Assembly (NCBI RefSeq): GCF_009914755.1
Contig: NC_060948.1
Length of the DNA stretch: 64,000 nucleotides
Source: the human T2T-CHM13v2.0 reference genome, Homo sapiens
Direction: 5' to 3' (one strand)
The position numbers and the translations under genes are program-made. The notes beneath the pieces were generated by a model. It made no database searches, was not told where the DNA came from, and saw nothing but the letters and a program-made list of their open reading frames with translations. How positions within the stretch are numbered: position 1 is the first letter of the stretch; every line of letters begins with the position of its first letter. Positions 58,881 through 64,000 of this stretch are shown in pieces.

Positions 58881-59940
58881 ATTTAAAAATAAATACATAA
58901 AATGCACTCATGAATGATCCAGTGTGGTCTAGTACAAAAAGGAGGTGTCTTAATGATTTAATGATAAAAAATAGAGCCAGCATCTTTCTTGTGGGATGAG
59001 GTTACAATCTATGTTCACATATCTAGGCCTCTTAAGTCAACCGGTATATCTGAAGTCCACAAAACCCAAGGACAGGGAGATGGGGCTCACCGGTCCTTGC
59101 GGGGCAGGCCTTTTCTGCCATTCCTGCCATTCCTGCCAGCCAGCCCTCTGCCTGCAGGAGGATTAACCTGAATTGTTATTTTTTTTAATTTCAATTTTTT
59201 TAGAGACAAGGTCTCACTCTGTCACTCAGGCTGGAGTGCAGTGGTGCAATCATAGCTCACTGCCACCTTGAACTCCTGGGCTCAGGACCCTCCTACCTCA
59301 GCTTCCCTAGTAGCTGGGACTACAGGCACGTGCCGCAATGCCCAGCTGATTTTTAAATTATTTTCCTACAGATATGGTCTCCCTATGTTGCCCAGGATGG
59401 TCTCAAAGTCCTGGCCTCAAGCAGTCCTCCCGTCTCAGCTTCCCAAAGGGCTGGGATTACAGGCCTGAGCCACCAAGCCCGGCCATCCCTTTATCTGTAC
59501 TGGAAACAGAAATTAAACCCACGATCTGAACTTTAAGAACTCAAGGCAGCGTCTTCCCAGAGCTTTAGTTAGGGCCGTTTCAGAACAGACTTCTTCCCAT
59601 GGGCCTTCCAGGCAGTGACAGGCTCAGACACTGCTATTGGGAATAGCCAATGCTATTCCGAAGAAACAAGCCCATTGAGTTTCAGGACTATATTTTACAA
59701 AAGGAAACTGGTGAGAACCCAAGGTCCCCTTCACTTGCTGTAAATCACCCCCTCCCAGCAGCTGAGGCTGGTATCTCCATTCCCTCCAGCCCCAGAGAGA
59801 CCTGGGCGAGGGAGTGAGGGGGAGACTTGGGGTTTGGGGCAATCCTGCGGTCAAAGTGGGGTTCTCCCCAGTGCAGACCAATCTCTCACCCATGCCAGTA
59901 GGAACAGGCAGGCTGAACTGAAGGAGCTTGAGCTACTCAC

Positions 59941-60079
59941 CCGACATGGTCCGTGGCGCCGCACGCAGTGGGCGCGGACCCGCAGACCTGCGCCCAGGCG
60001 CAGTGGGTGGAAATAAATCCTCGTCACGAACCCGCAGAACAGAGGCGCCGTCTTTGGGAAGCCGCGTGGATTTCCAGGC
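59941..60079 (-). pseudogene. GYG2P1: GYG2-like exon 2 with start codon
   Basis: cccccag|GCCTGGAAATCCACGCGG...GGACC ATG TCG G|gtgagt; ATG at 59947-59945. Confidence 0.9.
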
Positions 60080-61174
60080 CTGGGGGCGACAGCGTGGCTG
60101 CCTCGACACCCTCGGCTGCAGGCCTCGCCGGTGTCACCCCCGGCCTCCTACTCACTCCATGTCACCTGCGCCCCATGGGGCCCCGGCCTCCCCCGACGCC
60201 CCTGAGACCCCCACGCCCCGCAATTCCTCCTCGGCGCTCTAGGTCAGCCTCGTGCCCTCTGGCCAGGGGCCCCTTGACCCCCTGTCCTCCCCACAGTCAC
60301 CTGCGACCCCGCTGATTCTTAATACCCATGCGCCCAGCAACGACACCGCACGCGGAACACCGCCCGACCTCAGCGGTGTCAGCAGCTGCCCCGTCGCCCA
60401 GCGCACTTGCTTGGAGTACTGGTACATCCTCTTCCCCCAACCCAGCTGCCCCCCGACCCGGTCACCCCTCTCCACTCCCTGGCCCACCCCTGCGCTCCCG
60501 GACCCCAGTATCTGCACCTCCTCCGAGCTTGAGCTGCCTCTGCCCGTGTCCCCAGGCCAGGCGCCCCCTCCCCCGTCACTCCAGTGCCGCCCCACCCCAG
60601 CCCACTCCTGCGCCTCTCGCCGCCCCTCCTCCCCGTCCCGGCCTTCTGCCCATCCTCTCCAAGCGCCCCCGAATCCCCTCCACGCCCTGCACCTCTCCCT
60701 CCCCGCGCGCTCCCGCAGCCTCTGCCTTGGGCCTGCGCCTCCCTCCCCAAGCCTCTCAGCTCTACGTCCCCGCCCCCGTCTGTCCTCCATACTGAGGCAG
60801 CCTCCGTCTCCCCGTGCCCACTGCGCCTGGACCACCTGTACTCCTCAGCACTCGGCGCCTCGGCTCGGCCCACCCACCCGCAAGCGCCGCTAGCCTATCC
60901 CTGCGCCCCGCACCCCTCCCCGCCTTTGCTTTTGGGCAACCTCTCTCTGACCTCCAGCTCCCAGCGCCTCTCGCCCCACCTCTGCACTCCAAGGCCGGCG
61001 CCCCTCCCCCAGCCCCCAGCCTCTGCCTCTGGGTTCCGCCCGCGCCCCGCTGTACGCCACCCACCCTCGAGACCTCCTAGGCGTTCGGGCAGCCTCAGCG
61101 CCCCCCGGCCCCCAGCCGCGCCCAGGCCTCCTCCACTGCATACGATCCCCTGCACCCCGCTGCAGCCCCCGCAC

Positions 61175-61260
61175 CTCTTCCGGCGCCCTGGCTGCCTCTG
61201 CCCAAAGCCGGCGCTGGGGGCCCGGAGGGCAGCGATTGGCCTCTGTCCTGAAGCCCGGCC
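61175..61260 (-). pseudogene. GYG2P1: GYG2-like non-coding exon 1 (5' limit approximate)
   Basis: ...CAGAGGCCAATCGCTGCCC...CGGAAGAG|gtgcgg donor within the CpG island. Confidence 0.75.
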
Positions 61261-61599
61261 CCGCCTCCGCCCAGCCCTGGTAGGCGCGGGTCAGCTCCTC
61301 AGCCCTGCAGCCCCTGCCCGCAAGCCCGCGCGCCTCCTGGTGTCCAGCCCCAGCTACCAAGGAGAGAGACCCAGGAACCGCCAGTGGCTGCGCTCCACGC
61401 CGGCGCCCAGCCCCTCGCCCACCGCGGCCCCCTTGGCAGTTGGCGGTTTCTAGGTTTGGACATTTAACCTTTAATTGGCCGGCCCCAAAGTAAATGTTTG
61501 CGATGACTTAAGGCCCTGGGCCCAAGGCCAGCGCGCAGCCCGAGTGGAGGCCGCTCTGGAAGCCTCCCAGAGGAGAAAGCAGAGCTCATACACTATCTT

Positions 61600-62885
61600 G
61601 TTGAATGCATGAAAAATACACGTGCGCAAACTTGCACGCATGAATGAATGAATGAATGCACGAAAGAGAGAAAAAATGAGTGTTCAGGCCTCAGCTGTTG
61701 AATACATAGCGAGTGAGTGGCTATACGCACGCGGTGAGTGCATGTATGAGTGACTGCATGTATGCGTGAATGCATGTGAGGCGAGAATGAACAAACAACA
61801 ATTCGTGAATGAGATAGCGAGGAAATGAATGAACCAGTGACTCAACATTTGCGCCAAGGAGGGAATGAATGCATGAGTTGAAGGCATGAATGGGCCAATG
61901 CATGTATGAAGGAATTTAGAGATACATGCATGAATGGAGGAGTGACTGTGTGGAAAAAATAGGTGAATGCATGCATGCATGAATGAAGGCATGAATCTAT
62001 GAATGAGGGAATGAATGAGTTGAATGCATGAATGATTGAATGAACAAGTGAATTCATACATGCATAGTGCATGAATTAGTGAAAGGTGAATTCATGTATG
62101 CATGAGTAAACAAATAAATTAATGCCTGCATGAATGAGTGCATGAATGAGTGAACAACTGAATTCATGAGTGATTGAGTGCATGAATGACTTAAGTGAAT
62201 TCATGCTTGTGTAAGTGCATGTATGAGTAAGTGAACAGGTGAATTCATGTATGCATGAGTGCATGTATGAGTGAGTGAGCAAGTGAATTCATGTATGCTT
62301 GAGTGCATGAATGAGTGAACAAGTGAGTTCATGCCAGCATGAGTGAGTGTATGAACGAGTAACTAAGCGAATTCGTATATGCATGAGTGAGCACGTGAAT
62401 GACTGAGTGAACAAGTGAATTCATGCCTGCATGAGTGAGTGAGTGAATTCATCCATGCAGGATTGAACGAGCAGGTAAAGTCATGCATTTATACAGGAAT
62501 GAATGTGTGTGTGTGAGTGAATGAACAGAATACATGACAAGTGAATATGTGGATGAATGAATGAGTGAATAAATATGTATGAGTACATGAATAAGCTGAA
62601 CAAACTAGCATGTGTGTTAATGCACACACACGAGTGAATGAGTGAAGACTGCATACATTTCATGAATTCATGTATTATGTATAAGTGAATGAATGAATTG
62701 AATGCATGAACAAGTTAATGGATGCATGAATGAATTAAGTGAAAGTGTGAATGCATGCATGCGTGAGTGAATTGAATGAATCAATGAATGTGTGAATGCA
62801 AGCATGTATGAATACATGAGTTGAATGAGTGATGATTGTGTGAATGCAAGTGTGTACGAGTGCATGAGTTAAGTGAATAAGTGAG
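61600..62885. repeat. ~1.3-kb degenerate (TGAA/TGCA/TGAG)n tract
   Basis: Directly visible, with a higher-order GAGTGAACAAGTGAATTCATG motif in 62040-62450. Confidence 0.9.
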
Positions 62886-63329
62886 AAACCCTGCTCTGTA
62901 GCAAGAGAGCGCCTTCTGGGTGGAAGCAACTTGGAACTGCACCAAGCAGAGCCACTGCCAGGCCCTAAGGAAAGACATGGGAATGCTGCCCCTTCCTCAA
63001 CCTTCCTATGGCGTCTTCACCTTGTGTTTCCAGGTATTCCCAAAGTACAGTGACAGTTGTCACAATGAACCCAATGAACACAACCCCATGCTGGCATCCT
63101 CAGGATAGATTCTGTCAGCTGTCGAGCAGCTCACTGGCAGGGTAGACAGGCAGGGGCCTGCCTCCTGCCTCCTTCTAGGCAGCTCTTATCTCTCTGGCCT
63201 GGTGAACACATTTTTCTCCCCATGCATAACAGAAGCCTCTGATCTCCTTAACACACATCACCCACCCCTGGGCATCTTATCCAGAGCAGAAGTTGGGGAA
63301 AACCCATCTTCATTATGGAGTCCCAGTGC

Positions 63330-64000
63330 TTAAGGGCTTGAGGTCTTTGCGGTGGCATCATCCTGTGCACTACAGCGTGTTGAGCAGTGTCCCAGGGCTC
63401 CACCCACCTGATACCTGGAGCACCCCCACACAATGGTGACGACATCACCAAGAGTCCCCCAACAGAACAAAAACTTGGGCTTCTATTTCCTTATGATGTT
63501 TTTAATGCACTCCCTAAATTAAGAAAACAAAGTAAACAGAGCTTTCCTGTGCTTCAGCAAGGATGTGAAAAACTTCAAATTACACTGGTGGTTTCTTCAG
63601 CCTATGGCAGGCTTTCTCAGACTCTTCAACCATATTTGGGGCTAGATAATTACTGTGGAGCCATCCTGTGCACTGTGCCTTGTTTAGCAGCATCCGCTGG
63701 GCTCCACCTGCTACGTGCAGTACCACACCCCACCTAATCCTAACAAGCACAAGGGACTGCACACATTACCATGTGTTCTCTGGCATCAAAATCACCCAAG
63801 TGACAGCCACTGCCATGGTTAGATGTAGAGAGATGGATGATAGATAATAGAAAACAGATAATAGCTAGATAATCAATAGATGATAGGAAGATAATGATAG
63901 ATATAAATAAACAGAAAATAAGTAGATGGTAGAAAAACAATGATAAATATAGAGGGATGACAGGTAGACAGATGATAGAGACAGAGACATAAATGAGGAC
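63330..64000 (+). mobile_element. Two MER20-like remnants followed by a (GATA)n tract
   Basis: CATCCTGTGCACT...AGCAG...GGGCTCCACC appears twice (~63360 and ~63663); GATA-rich sequence starts at ~63820. Confidence 0.65.

Larger units (their letters stand above)
59940..61560. promoter_or_regulatory. CpG island / GYG2P1 promoter
   Basis: Very GC- and CpG-rich compared with the rest of the window. GC boxes (CCCCGCC, CCGCCC) at ~61259-61272 and a CCAAT on the - strand at ~61235-61239. Confidence 0.9.

Noticed and set aside
60239-61453. Long Pro/Gly/Arg-rich ORFs (198-289 aa) on both strands
   Set aside because: These are stop-codon-poor artefacts of the GC-rich island, with overlapping frames and no recognisable domain.

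Overview
This is primate genomic DNA, almost certainly the X-degenerate part of human Yq11 (Y copies of the Xp22.33 ARSD/GYG2 cluster). It contains no intact protein-coding gene. On the + strand lie exons 2-10 of an unprocessed arylsulfatase D pseudogene (ARSDP1, 1657-26960): every splice junction is still AG/GT, but there are three frameshifts, four nonsense codons and a 9-bp in-frame deletion. On the - strand, convergent with it, is the 5' stub of a glycogenin-2 pseudogene (GYG2P1). It keeps a CpG-island promoter, non-coding exon 1, the ATG exon, the Alu-derived cassette exon and the first large coding exon, and all later exons are absent. The rest is about 55-60 Alus, many ERV LTRs (HERV-T/LTR6 5' end with a tRNA-Thr PBS, LTR7, LTR12C, MER41A/B, MER4, MER21, MER31, MER39, MST/MLT), L1 fragments and GATA/TGGA/AT-rich repeats. 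Two of these repeats look like the Y-STRs DYS435 and DYS439. I found no novel multi-gene system. The best leads are a possibly NMD-escaping 50-aa Y-encoded glycogenin micro-ORF, a chimeric MER41A LTR that may mark the GYG2 deletion breakpoint, a CpG-retaining and less-diverged ARSD exon 5 next to an LTR12C, and several structured tandem or palindromic repeats. Gene, repeat and STR names, and all comparisons with the X copy, come from recalled sequences rather than a database search.
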